The translations under genes and the position numbers were made by a program. From the NCBI GenBank assembly GCA_964392715.1, contig CAYMQI010000001.1, forward strand, positions 1 through 60,721: 60,721 nt of DNA, written 5' to 3'. The notes under the pieces were generated by a model. The model saw nothing but the letters and a program-made list of their open reading frames with translations, did no database searches and had not been told where the DNA came from. This document shows positions 46,809 to 55,014 of this stretch, piece by piece. The DNA is from an uncultured Pseudomonadales bacterium (GTDB taxonomy: Bacteria; Patescibacteriota; Microgenomatia; UBA1400; CAYNFZ01). Positions within the stretch are counted from its first letter, which is position 1. Every line of letters begins with the position of its first letter.

Positions 46809-47400
46809 AGACAAACACGGCCAAGCCCTTTCTTGGGGTCAGGCCCACCACAAAATCACCAACCGCTCCTATAACTACTGGCTCGATTTGAAGCTCGCTA
46901 AAATGTGGTACTGCTTTGGCCGCATTCCTTTCCATTTCCTTCGCAATCACCTCTTCCGCCTTTGCGGCGTTAAGATCGGTCGTCACTCCACCATCCATAT
47001 TGGCGCCCGTTTTTACCAACCCAAAAACATCACCATTGGTAACGGCACCATCATTGGCGATCACGCCACTCTCGATGGTCGCGGCCCTCTGACCATCGGC
47101 GATCACGTCGATATCGCCTCTCAAGTCATGATTTTTAATTCCAAACACGACCTAAACGACCCAGAATTTAAGCCGGTTGAAGCCCCCGTCGTCATCAAAG
47201 ACTATGTCTTTATCGGCCCCCGCGCCATTATCATGCCCTCCGTCACCATCGGCACTGGAGCCGTGGTGGCGGCCGCCGCCGTGGTCACCCGTGACGTGCC
47301 CGACTATGCCATCGTCGCCGGCATCCCGGCCCGCCAGATAGGGGAGCGCCAGGCTAAAGATCTCCACTACCGGCTGGGCAGGTTCAGATTGTTCCAATAA
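46792..47400 (+). CDS. Hexapeptide-repeat (left-handed beta-helix) acetyltransferase
   Basis: Motifs: GVKIGRHSTIHIGARF, ITIGNGTIIGDHATLDG, VVIKDYVFIGPRAIIMPSVTIGTGAVVAAAAVV. Confidence 0.8.
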   Translation: MSSPFKDKHGQALSWGQAHHKITNRSYNYWLDLKLAKMWYCFGRIPFHFLRNHLFRLCGVKIGRHSTIHIGARFYQPKNITIGNGTIIGDHATLDGRGPLTIGDHVDIASQVMIFNSKHDLNDPEFKPVEAPVVIKDYVFIGPRAIIMPSVTIGTGAVVAAAAVVTRDVPDYAIVAGIPARQIGERQAKDLHYRLGRFRLFQ

Positions 47401-47411
47401 TAAATAAATTA

Positions 47412-47475
47412 ATGGTTATATGGCTTTATGGTCAGGGGTAGTTCAGACCATCAAACCATCTGACCATCAAACCAT
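47412..47475. repeat. Inverted pair of 8-nt periodic arrays: 3 x ATGGYY, a 12-nt spacer, then 4 x RACCAT
   Basis: Left arm: atggtt 47412, atggct 47420, atggtc 47428. Right arm: gaccat 47446, aaccat 47454, gaccat 47462, aaccat 47470. Lies between the stop at 47400 and the ATG at 47488. Confidence 0.85.
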
Positions 47476-47487
47476 TATTCTTCATGC

Positions 47488-48375
47488 ATGAAACTTTCCA
47501 TCATTATCGTCAGCTACAATACCAAAGCCCTCCTCCATCATTGTCTTGACTCCCTCAAGCCGCAGCTAAATAGCCAAACCGAAGTCATCATCATTGACAA
47601 TGCCTCCACCGACGGCTCGGTCCAAGCTATCCAAAAAGCTTTCCCCAAAGTCAAGCTCATTGCTAACAAGATAAATCTTGGCTTTGCCGCGGCCAACAAT
47701 TTGGGCATTAAAAAAACATCTGCGACTTACGTTCTCCTCTTAAACCCCGATACTTTGGTCCAACCTGGCAGCCTCAAACTCCTCACCGATTATCTCGACG
47801 CACAGCCCCAGGTGTCCATCGCCTCACCCAAGCTTTTAAACCCGGATGGCAGTCTCCAACCCGCCGGCGGCGCCCTCCCCAACCTAAACAACTTAACCAC
47901 CTGGTTTTTTCTCTTGGATCACTTGCCCTACGTCGGTGAATTTATCGACCCCTACCACCAAAATCACCAGGATTTTTACACCAAGACTCAGTTAACCGGT
48001 TGGGTACCCGGTACTGCCATGATCATCAGACGAAAGGTTCTCGACCAAATCGGCCTCTTGGACGATCAGATTTTTATGTACGCCGAAGACGTCGATCTTT
48101 GCCTTCGCGCCCACCAAACCGATCATCAAGTTGCCTTGCTCCCGCAAGCGACAGTCATTCATGCCTCCCACGCTGCCGCCGGCAAACCCAAAGCTTTAAT
48201 CGGCGAGGTCGACGGTCTAAAGTATCTCTTTGCCAAATACAAACCTGCCTGGCAACAACTACTTTTGCGCCTGGTCTTTAAAAAAGGCGCCCTCATCCGC
48301 ATGCTCCTCTTTGCTACAATAGCAAGGGACAAAACTCGCTATGACACCTACCAAAAAATATTTAACCTGGCTTGA
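47488..48375 (+). CDS. Glycosyltransferase family 2 (rhamnosyltransferase-like subgroup)
   Basis: Motifs: MKLSIIIVSYNTKALL, IIIDNASTDGS, NLGFAAANNLG, LLLNPDT, FMYAEDVDLCLR. Confidence 0.85.
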   Translation: MKLSIIIVSYNTKALLHHCLDSLKPQLNSQTEVIIIDNASTDGSVQAIQKAFPKVKLIANKINLGFAAANNLGIKKTSATYVLLLNPDTLVQPGSLKLLTDYLDAQPQVSIASPKLLNPDGSLQPAGGALPNLNNLTTWFFLLDHLPYVGEFIDPYHQNHQDFYTKTQLTGWVPGTAMIIRRKVLDQIGLLDDQIFMYAEDVDLCLRAHQTDHQVALLPQATVIHASHAAAGKPKALIGEVDGLKYLFAKYKPAWQQLLLRLVFKKGALIRMLLFATIARDKTRYDTYQKIFNLA

Positions 48376-49930
48376 TCGGCACCTGCTCGAACTAGTCGCC
48401 GGCTTTTTGCTCGCCTTTATTCCACTTTATCCCAAGTGGCCCCTGTTCGATATTCTTCCCGGCTATATCGTCCGTGCCCGTTTGGACGACCTCGTCGTCG
48501 GCACTGCTTTTCTCCTGCTCCTGCTTCAAGTCGCCCGCAGGAAGACCCGTCTCGGGGACAACCCCCTCTTTAAGCCAATCCTCATCTACCTGCTCATAGG
48601 TTTTCTCTCCACCCTCTCCTCAATCTTTATCACCAAAACCGTCCCCCTCGAGTTGCTGCACGTGGGCAAAGTTGTCCTCCACTGGATCCGTCGTGTCGAG
48701 TACATGTCCCTGGCTCTGGTCTTTTTTGCCGCCGCCACCAACAAGCACAGCCTCAAACGCATCTTGACCGTTTTTGTGGTGACCGTCACCGCGGTTAGCC
48801 TCTACGGCTTTGGCCAGAGGTACCTCGCTTGGCCTGTCTACTCCACCATGAACCGTGAGTTTGCCAAAGGTTGGCGCTTGGTGCTAACCGAGTTTGCCCG
48901 CGTCTCTTCCACTTTTGCCGGCCACTACGACCTGGCCGCTTATACAGTCCTCTCTTTATCTTTTCTCGCCGGCTTGGTGGCAACGGCCGCCACCAGACTT
49001 AAATGGCTCATTGCCTTTATCTTTCTGCTGACTTTTGCCATTCTCTTGCTGACTGCCTCAAGAAGTTCGTTTATTGCCTATATTGGCTCGCTCACCCTGC
49101 TCTTTCTGCTCCTCTCTCGAAAAATCGGCACCAAAAAAGCCCTGGTTTCTTGGTTACTGTTTATGTTGGTGAGCGCCGTGGGCCTTCGATCCTTTGGCAG
49201 CCTCTACTCCCGTTTTGCCCACATTCTCATGCTCGACCGGCTCGAGGGTTACCTCACCCAGTTGGTTGACCGCTTCAAACCAGAACCCGCGAGAAACTAC
49301 CAGATCAACAACGACTTAGCCTTGGTCTACACCGAGACCGACACCCCCCCAAGCCCGGCAGCCACTTCCAGTACCGGCCTGCCCCCCGACGTCTATGAAA
49401 ACATCCCCCTCACCTTTCCAGAGGCCTCTCTCTCGGCGGTACCCGACACGAGCGGCACCGGCACCGAAGGCCAATCCCGTACTTACTCCGACGCCGCCTA
49501 CACTTACGGCCTCTCCTCCGCCATCCGCTTCGACGCCCTCTGGCCCAAAGCCATCGCCGGCTTCTTGAAAAACCCCCTCTTGGGTTCGGGCTACTCCACT
49601 CTTCTCAAGGACCAGCCTACCCAATTTACCGAAGCCGAATCCACCGACAACGACTACCTCCGGGCCCTGGGCGAAACAGGCCTGCTTGGCTTTTTAAGCT
49701 TTTATGGCATTTTTGTCTTTATTCTCTACTTGTCCTACCGCTCCTACCAAAAACTCAAAGACCCGGTCCTGCTTGCCTTTGCCGCCGCCTTTATCGCCGG
49801 TCTGGTTGGCCTGATGGTCAACGCCCTTTATATTGATATCTTCGAAGCCTCCAAAATTGCCTATACGGTCTGGTCGTTTATGGGCCTGACTGCCGCCCTG
49901 TTTATCATTACCAAGAAATCTTCCGTATGA
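48341..49930 (+). CDS. O-antigen ligase/polymerase family membrane protein (Wzy_C-like)
   Basis: About 10 to 12 hydrophobic segments, LLLTASRSSFIAYIGSL (Wzy_C-like block) and a large P/T/S-rich extracytoplasmic loop. Confidence 0.6.
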   Translation: MTPTKKYLTWLDRHLLELVAGFLLAFIPLYPKWPLFDILPGYIVRARLDDLVVGTAFLLLLLQVARRKTRLGDNPLFKPILIYLLIGFLSTLSSIFITKTVPLELLHVGKVVLHWIRRVEYMSLALVFFAAATNKHSLKRILTVFVVTVTAVSLYGFGQRYLAWPVYSTMNREFAKGWRLVLTEFARVSSTFAGHYDLAAYTVLSLSFLAGLVATAATRLKWLIAFIFLLTFAILLLTASRSSFIAYIGSLTLLFLLLSRKIGTKKALVSWLLFMLVSAVGLRSFGSLYSRFAHILMLDRLEGYLTQLVDRFKPEPARNYQINNDLALVYTETDTPPSPAATSSTGLPPDVYENIPLTFPEASLSAVPDTSGTGTEGQSRTYSDAAYTYGLSSAIRFDALWPKAIAGFLKNPLLGSGYSTLLKDQPTQFTEAESTDNDYLRALGETGLLGFLSFYGIFVFILYLSYRSYQKLKDPVLLAFAAAFIAGLVGLMVNALYIDIFEASKIAYTVWSFMGLTAALFIITKKSSV

Positions 49931-51393
49931 TCAAACTCATCAGACACACTCCCTTAATTCTCATCCTGGCCCTCGGGCTCCTAGTCCGGACCTATCGACT
50001 CGATCGCCCCCTGGGTGATTGGCATTCCTGGCGTCAGGCCGATACTGCCTCCGTCACCCGTTACTACGCCCAACACGGTCTTGATCTCCTCCACCCCAAA
50101 TTCGACGACCTCTCCGCCATCCCTTCTGGCTTTGATAACCCCGAAGGCTACCGCATGGTCGAGTTTCCCATAATCAACGCCCTCATTGCCGGTTCCTACC
50201 GTTTTACTCCCGCCTTGCAATCCTTCCCGATCCACGTCGTCAGCCGTTTCTTTGCCATCGCCTTTTCTCTCCTCACAAGCCTCGTCCTCTACCGGCTCGT
50301 CGCTAAACTTGAAGGTCAAACCGCCGGCTTGATTGCCACCGCCATTTTTACTTTTTTGCCCTTCAATATCTTTTTTTCCACCACCACCTTGCCCGAGGTT
50401 CCTCTGGTCTTCTTTACCCTTGCCTCTATATATTTTTGGGTCGTCTACGCCCAAAAGCCGACCCTCCTGCCCCTAGGTGCTTTTGCCGCCAGCGCCGCCC
50501 TGGCTCTGTTATTAAAACCCACTTACCTCTTTATCGCCCCGGCCCTGGTTTATTTTTACTTCTTGCACCACGGTTTCAAAACCTTCAAGCTGCCCCGCCA
50601 TTATCTGGTCGCCGCCCTTACCTTGGCACCCTTTCTCCTCTGGCGCCGCTGGATCGCCGCCTATCCCGAAGGTATCCCCAGCTACGCCTGGCTTTTAAAC
50701 GGCTCGCACATTCGTTTCACCGGCGCTTTTTTCCGCTGGCTTTTTGCCGAACGGCTCGCCAAATGGATCCTTGGTTACTGGGGCCCCGTCCTCTTCATCC
50801 TGGGTTTGCTCACCAAAACTTCCAAGAAAACCGGCTGGTTTTTTCACGTTTGGCTTTTGGGCATGCTAGCTTACTTAGTCGTTTTTGCCACAGGCAACGT
50901 CACCCATGATTATTACCAAATCTTCCTCTTACCCATCGTCGCCGTCTTCGCTGCCTTGGGCACTAAATCACTGCTTAACCTTCCCTCGACTCACTTTAAT
51001 CGCCTCGTCTCTTGGGCCCTGGCGCCCGTCCTGCTTGCCTTTTCCTTCGCCTTTTCCTGGTTTCACGTCCGCGACTACTTCAACATCAATAACCCAGCCA
51101 TGGTTGCCGCCGGAGCCTATGTCGATGCCCACCTACCCCAGGACGCCTTGGTTGTCGCCCCTTACCTCGGGGACACCGCCTTTCTTTATCAAACCAACCG
51201 CCGTGGTTGGCCCGTAGCCGGGGATATTCCCAAACGCATTGACCAGGGCGCCGACTATTACATCACCACTGCCATGAATGATGAAACCAAGGCTCTCGTC
51301 AGACAATGCCACCTCATCCATGAGACCGACCAATTTGCCCTCATTGATCTTGCCGCTTGCGACTTCACCATCAGTCCTACGACTGCTCAGTAG
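49927..51393 (+). CDS. Polytopic membrane glycosyltransferase, GT-C fold (ArnT-like)
   Basis: ATGA overlap with the upstream gene. GDWHSWRQADTASVTRYY loop motif and more than 10 hydrophobic segments. Confidence 0.7.
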   Translation: MIKLIRHTPLILILALGLLVRTYRLDRPLGDWHSWRQADTASVTRYYAQHGLDLLHPKFDDLSAIPSGFDNPEGYRMVEFPIINALIAGSYRFTPALQSFPIHVVSRFFAIAFSLLTSLVLYRLVAKLEGQTAGLIATAIFTFLPFNIFFSTTTLPEVPLVFFTLASIYFWVVYAQKPTLLPLGAFAASAALALLLKPTYLFIAPALVYFYFLHHGFKTFKLPRHYLVAALTLAPFLLWRRWIAAYPEGIPSYAWLLNGSHIRFTGAFFRWLFAERLAKWILGYWGPVLFILGLLTKTSKKTGWFFHVWLLGMLAYLVVFATGNVTHDYYQIFLLPIVAVFAALGTKSLLNLPSTHFNRLVSWALAPVLLAFSFAFSWFHVRDYFNINNPAMVAAGAYVDAHLPQDALVVAPYLGDTAFLYQTNRRGWPVAGDIPKRIDQGADYYITTAMNDETKALVRQCHLIHETDQFALIDLAACDFTISPTTAQ

Positions 51394-51397
51394 CTAT

Positions 51398-51431
51398 TAG
51401 TTTTTAGTTTTTCGCTTTGCGTTTTTAGTCT
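51398..51431 (+). repeat. 7-nt periodic units (TAGTTTT family) abutting the start codon
   Basis: tagtttt tagtttt tcgcttt gcgtttt tagtct, then the ATG at 51432. Confidence 0.65.
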
Positions 51432-52721
51432 ATGAAGATCTTGATGCTTACCCCTTATCTGCCCTACCCCATCCTCTCCGGCGGCCAAATCCGTACCTAC
51501 AACCTTTTAAAGAATCTAAGCCATCACCACCAAATCACCTTGTTTGCCCTGATCAAAGACGATCAAGAAAAGCACTACATACGGAAACTAAAACCCTTCT
51601 GCCAAAGTGTCCAGGTCTTCAAGCGCACCAAAAACCCTTGGGCCCCAAGAAACATTCTTCTGGCCGGCTTTACCCGCTACCCCTTCCTCGTCACTCGCAA
51701 CCTGCCTCGGGCCATGAAATCGGCCATCAAAACCGAGCTCAAAAACGGCTACGACCTAATCCACGCCGAAACTTTCTACATGATGCCCAATATCCCCAGG
51801 ACCAGCGTCCCCGTCCTCTTAGTCGAGCAGACCATCGAGTACTTAGGTTACCAGTTCTATGCCAAAGCCAGTCCACACTGGTTCTTAAAACCTCTCCTTT
51901 ACGCCGACATCTTCAAAATCAAGTACTGGGAAAAACACTTCTGGGCCAAAGCTACCCATTTAGTCACCATGTCAGAAGAAGACAAAAAGTTTATTGCCAA
52001 AGAAATTGATCAGAGCAAAATTGACGTCGTCGCCAACGGCGTCGATATTGAAAAATTCTCAGCCGTCAACAAAAATCTCCCACCAGAACCGACCATTCTT
52101 TTTGTCGGCACTTTTAAGTGGCTGCCCAATATCGACGCCGTCGAATTTTTGGTCCGGGAGGTTTGGCCCGGCGTCAAAGCTACCATCCCGACAGCCAAGC
52201 TCTGGATCGTCGGCCACAGCCCCACCGCCACCGTTCGCGATTTCGGCCACCTGCCAGACATTACCGTCAGTAGCAACATCAAAGATATCACAGATGCCTA
52301 CAAAGCCGCCCACATGCTCTTGGCACCCATCAGAAGCGGCAAAGGCACCCGTTACAAAATTCTCGAAGCCATGGCCACCAACACCCCGGTGGTTACTACC
52401 AAACTTGGCGCCGAAGGCCTCCGGGTCACTCCCGGGCAACACTTACTCATCGGCAACACTGCCAAGGAATTAACCGATTTGACCGTCAAACTCCTCTCAG
52501 ACCGCCAGCTTCAAAGTCAGCTTGCCCAACATGCTCGCATCAACGTCGCCAAATACTACAACTGGAAAACCATCTCCGAAGATTTGGATAAGCTCTATAG
52601 GCAGATAGGTAAACCAGAAGAAATAAATAATCAAGCACCCCCTCGACTTCGCTCGGGGCAGGCAAGCATCAAATCACAAACAAGCTCCAAGCATCAACCT
52701 TCAATCACCCAAACATCTTAA
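51432..52721 (+). CDS. Glycosyltransferase family 4 (GT-B) with a Q/S/T/P-rich C-terminal tail
   Basis: Motifs: MKILMLTPYLPYPILSGGQIRTYN, LLAPIRSGKGTRYKILEAMATNTPVVTT. The last roughly 40 aa are low complexity (NNQAPPRLRSGQASIKSQTSSKHQPSITQTS). Confidence 0.8.
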   Translation: MKILMLTPYLPYPILSGGQIRTYNLLKNLSHHHQITLFALIKDDQEKHYIRKLKPFCQSVQVFKRTKNPWAPRNILLAGFTRYPFLVTRNLPRAMKSAIKTELKNGYDLIHAETFYMMPNIPRTSVPVLLVEQTIEYLGYQFYAKASPHWFLKPLLYADIFKIKYWEKHFWAKATHLVTMSEEDKKFIAKEIDQSKIDVVANGVDIEKFSAVNKNLPPEPTILFVGTFKWLPNIDAVEFLVREVWPGVKATIPTAKLWIVGHSPTATVRDFGHLPDITVSSNIKDITDAYKAAHMLLAPIRSGKGTRYKILEAMATNTPVVTTKLGAEGLRVTPGQHLLIGNTAKELTDLTVKLLSDRQLQSQLAQHARINVAKYYNWKTISEDLDKLYRQIGKPEEINNQAPPRLRSGQASIKSQTSSKHQPSITQTS

Positions 52722-52768
52722 GTTTTATTATTTGTATTTTGGTTATTCATAAATCATCTGACCTAAAT

Positions 52769-53614
52769 ATGCGCCTTTCTATCATCATCTTAAACTACAA
52801 CACTCGTGACCTTCTTGATGCAGCCATTGGCTCGCTCCACTCCAAAGTAAGCCACGAGATTATCGTCGTCGACAATGCCTCGACTGATGATTCTGTCTCC
52901 TTTATCAAATCAAACCACCAAAACGTCAAACTTATCGTCAGCCCCCAAAACGTCGGCTTTGCCGCCGGCAACAACCTGGGCATCAGGGCCGCCCAAGGCG
53001 ACTACATCATGCTTCTTAACTCCGACACCAAAGTCCAAACTGGCGCCTTAGATAAGCTGCTCCACTTTGCCGATTCCCACCGGGAAATCGGCATCCTCAC
53101 TCCCAAGTTGATCCTCCCCGACGGCGCCCTCGACCTCTCTTGCCACCGCGGCTTTCCCACTCTTGGCAACTCAATTGCTTATTTCCTCGGTCTGGAGTCA
53201 ATTTTCCCGAACTTCAAGCCCTTAGCCCAATATCACCAGACTTATCAAGACTTCGCCACCCCTCACCCGGTCGACGTCGTCTCCGGCGCTGCCATGCTCA
53301 TCCGCCGTCAACTTATCGACCAAATTGGTTTACTGGACGAACGCTTTTTTATGTACGCCGAAGATATTGACTTTTGTCTCCGCGCCAAACAAGCGGGTTG
53401 GCTTACTTATTATTACCCAGGAGCAGTCGTCGTTCACTTCAAAGGTGCCTCCGGTTCAAAAAGCCAGGACCCGTCGGCCAAATCGCGCACCAGGGGTCAC
53501 TTCTACACCACCATGCACCAATACTTTCATAAACACCACGCTGCCAAATACCCCAAACCAGCCCGTTGGTTGGTCAAAGCGGGGATATATATCGTCGGAA
53601 AGATTAAAGGTTGA
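52769..53614 (+). CDS. Glycosyltransferase family 2 (paralogue of 47488..48375)
   Basis: Motifs: MRLSIIILNYNTRDLL, IVVDNASTDDS, NVGFAAGNNLG, MLLNSDT, FMYAEDIDFCLR. ATG at 52769. Confidence 0.85.
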   Translation: MRLSIIILNYNTRDLLDAAIGSLHSKVSHEIIVVDNASTDDSVSFIKSNHQNVKLIVSPQNVGFAAGNNLGIRAAQGDYIMLLNSDTKVQTGALDKLLHFADSHREIGILTPKLILPDGALDLSCHRGFPTLGNSIAYFLGLESIFPNFKPLAQYHQTYQDFATPHPVDVVSGAAMLIRRQLIDQIGLLDERFFMYAEDIDFCLRAKQAGWLTYYYPGAVVVHFKGASGSKSQDPSAKSRTRGHFYTTMHQYFHKHHAAKYPKPARWLVKAGIYIVGKIKG

Positions 53615-53620
53615 TATTTA

Positions 53621-53725
53621 AACCAAAATCAAACATCAAATCTCAAAAATCAAAATTACCAATCAAAATGAAAAAGTTTTGAATTTTAATTGCATTTTGC
53701 TATTTGATTTTTAATTTTTGCCTTA
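53621..53725. repeat. AT-rich region with roughly 7-nt periodic ATCAAA units followed by inverted TTTGA(T/A) units
   Basis: atcaaa at 53628, 53635, 53649 and 53662, and ctcaaa at 53642. Downstream come ttttgaatttt and tatttgattttt. Lies in the 131-nt gap between the stop at 53614 and the ATG at 53746. Confidence 0.55.
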
Positions 53726-53745
53726 AGCACGTTTTTAAATAAAAT

Positions 53746-54879
53746 ATGAAAATCGGTATCGACGCTCGTCTCTACGGCCTCCGGCACGCCGGCATCGGCC
53801 GTTACACCCAAAACCTAATCGGAGAGTTGGCAAAAATCGACCGCCAGAATCACTACCTCCTTTTTGTCACCGATCCCAAGGTGATCGATCCTTTACCCGA
53901 CAATTTTCAGCTTGTTGGCGCCAATATCCGCCACTACACCTGGGCCGAGCAAACCCAATTTTTGCGCCTCCTCAATTCTTACCGCTTTGACTTCTTGCAC
54001 GCCACCCACTTTAACGTCCCCTTTTTCTACCGCCGGCCCTTTATCGTCACCATCCACGACCTCCTCTGGCACCACAAAATCGGTTTAAGCGTCACCACTT
54101 TAAATCCCGCCGTTTATCTCATCAAATACTTAGGCTATCGCGCCACCGTCAGAAATGCCGTCTCCCGCGCCGTCAACATCATCACCCCAACCAGGACCAT
54201 CGCCTCTTCAGTCCAACGACACTTCCGCCTCCAAAGCACTAAGCTCGCCGTCACCTACGAGGCCGCCGCCCCCGTCTTTAGTCACAAACCTCGCCCTTCG
54301 GCAGTGACCCAAAGCCTCAAGCAGTTCAAGCTTACCCCCCCTTTTATCATCTACACCGGTAGCCTCTATCCCCACAAAAACGTCACCACTTTGATCAACA
54401 GCCTCCGCTTTTTGCCGCCGACCCTATCCCTGGCTATCGTCTCCTCCCGCGATGTCTTCACCCAAAAAACCGAGGCGTTCGTCACCTCAATTGGCCTCTC
54501 CTCTAGGGTCAAGTTCCTCGGCTATCAACCCGATGACGTCTTGGTTGGCCTCTATCAAGCCGCTTCAGCCTTGGTCTTGCCTTCCCTCTCCGAAGGCTTT
54601 GGCCTGACCGGACTTGAGGCCATGGCCGCCCGCCTGCCCGTGGTCTGCTCAAAGCACTCGGTTCTTTCAGAAATCTATGGTTCTGCCCCTTTGTATACCG
54701 ACACCGCCAAGCCCCAAGTCCTGGCCGCCACCATCAACCGTTTTTTGACCGACAAAGACCTGTCATTCAGGCACCGCCAGCTGGGCCTGATCCAAGCCCA
54801 AAAATACTCTTGGAGTAAAATGGCCGAAGCAACCCTGGACATTTACCAACAAACCTACCGCCAACTCACCCGCAAATAA
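53746..54879 (+). CDS. Glycosyltransferase family 4 (GT-B)
   Basis: Motifs: MKIGIDARLYGLRHAGIGRYTQN, LVLPSLSEGFGLTGLEAMAARLPVV. Confidence 0.85.
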   Translation: MKIGIDARLYGLRHAGIGRYTQNLIGELAKIDRQNHYLLFVTDPKVIDPLPDNFQLVGANIRHYTWAEQTQFLRLLNSYRFDFLHATHFNVPFFYRRPFIVTIHDLLWHHKIGLSVTTLNPAVYLIKYLGYRATVRNAVSRAVNIITPTRTIASSVQRHFRLQSTKLAVTYEAAAPVFSHKPRPSAVTQSLKQFKLTPPFIIYTGSLYPHKNVTTLINSLRFLPPTLSLAIVSSRDVFTQKTEAFVTSIGLSSRVKFLGYQPDDVLVGLYQAASALVLPSLSEGFGLTGLEAMAARLPVVCSKHSVLSEIYGSAPLYTDTAKPQVLAATINRFLTDKDLSFRHRQLGLIQAQKYSWSKMAEATLDIYQQTYRQLTRK

Positions 54880-55014
54880 TGTAAGATGTTTTCACACAAA
54901 AAGATTCGCTCATCTCAAAAGTCAAAATAATTTCAGTCTTACCGATCACAAAAAACCCGAGGTAATTCGACCCGTCGCGCCAGACGCGAGCCAAATTCGA
55001 ATAATTTGTCTACC

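Noticed and set aside
47412-47475. The inverted arrays read as intrinsic terminators.
   Set aside because: Pairing is limited to 4 to 6 bp blocks interrupted by 2x2 mismatches, and no clear U-tract follows. A terminator role cannot be excluded, but the sequence does not support it well.
52600-52721. The Q/S/T/P-rich C-terminal tail of the GT4 at 51432..52721, considered as a separate feature or evidence of a frameshift.
   Set aside because: It is in frame with the enzyme and has no alternative reading. It may simply be a read-through extension in a stop-poor strand. It is noted in the CDS evidence only.
54961-55008. A short GC hairpin (tcgcg-ccaga-cgcga, 54975-54989) flanked by the direct repeat AATTCGA (54964-54970 and 54994-55000), upstream of the GT4 gene at 55015.
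   Set aside because: The stem is only 5 bp and the 7-nt direct repeat could be chance. That is not enough to call a regulatory element.
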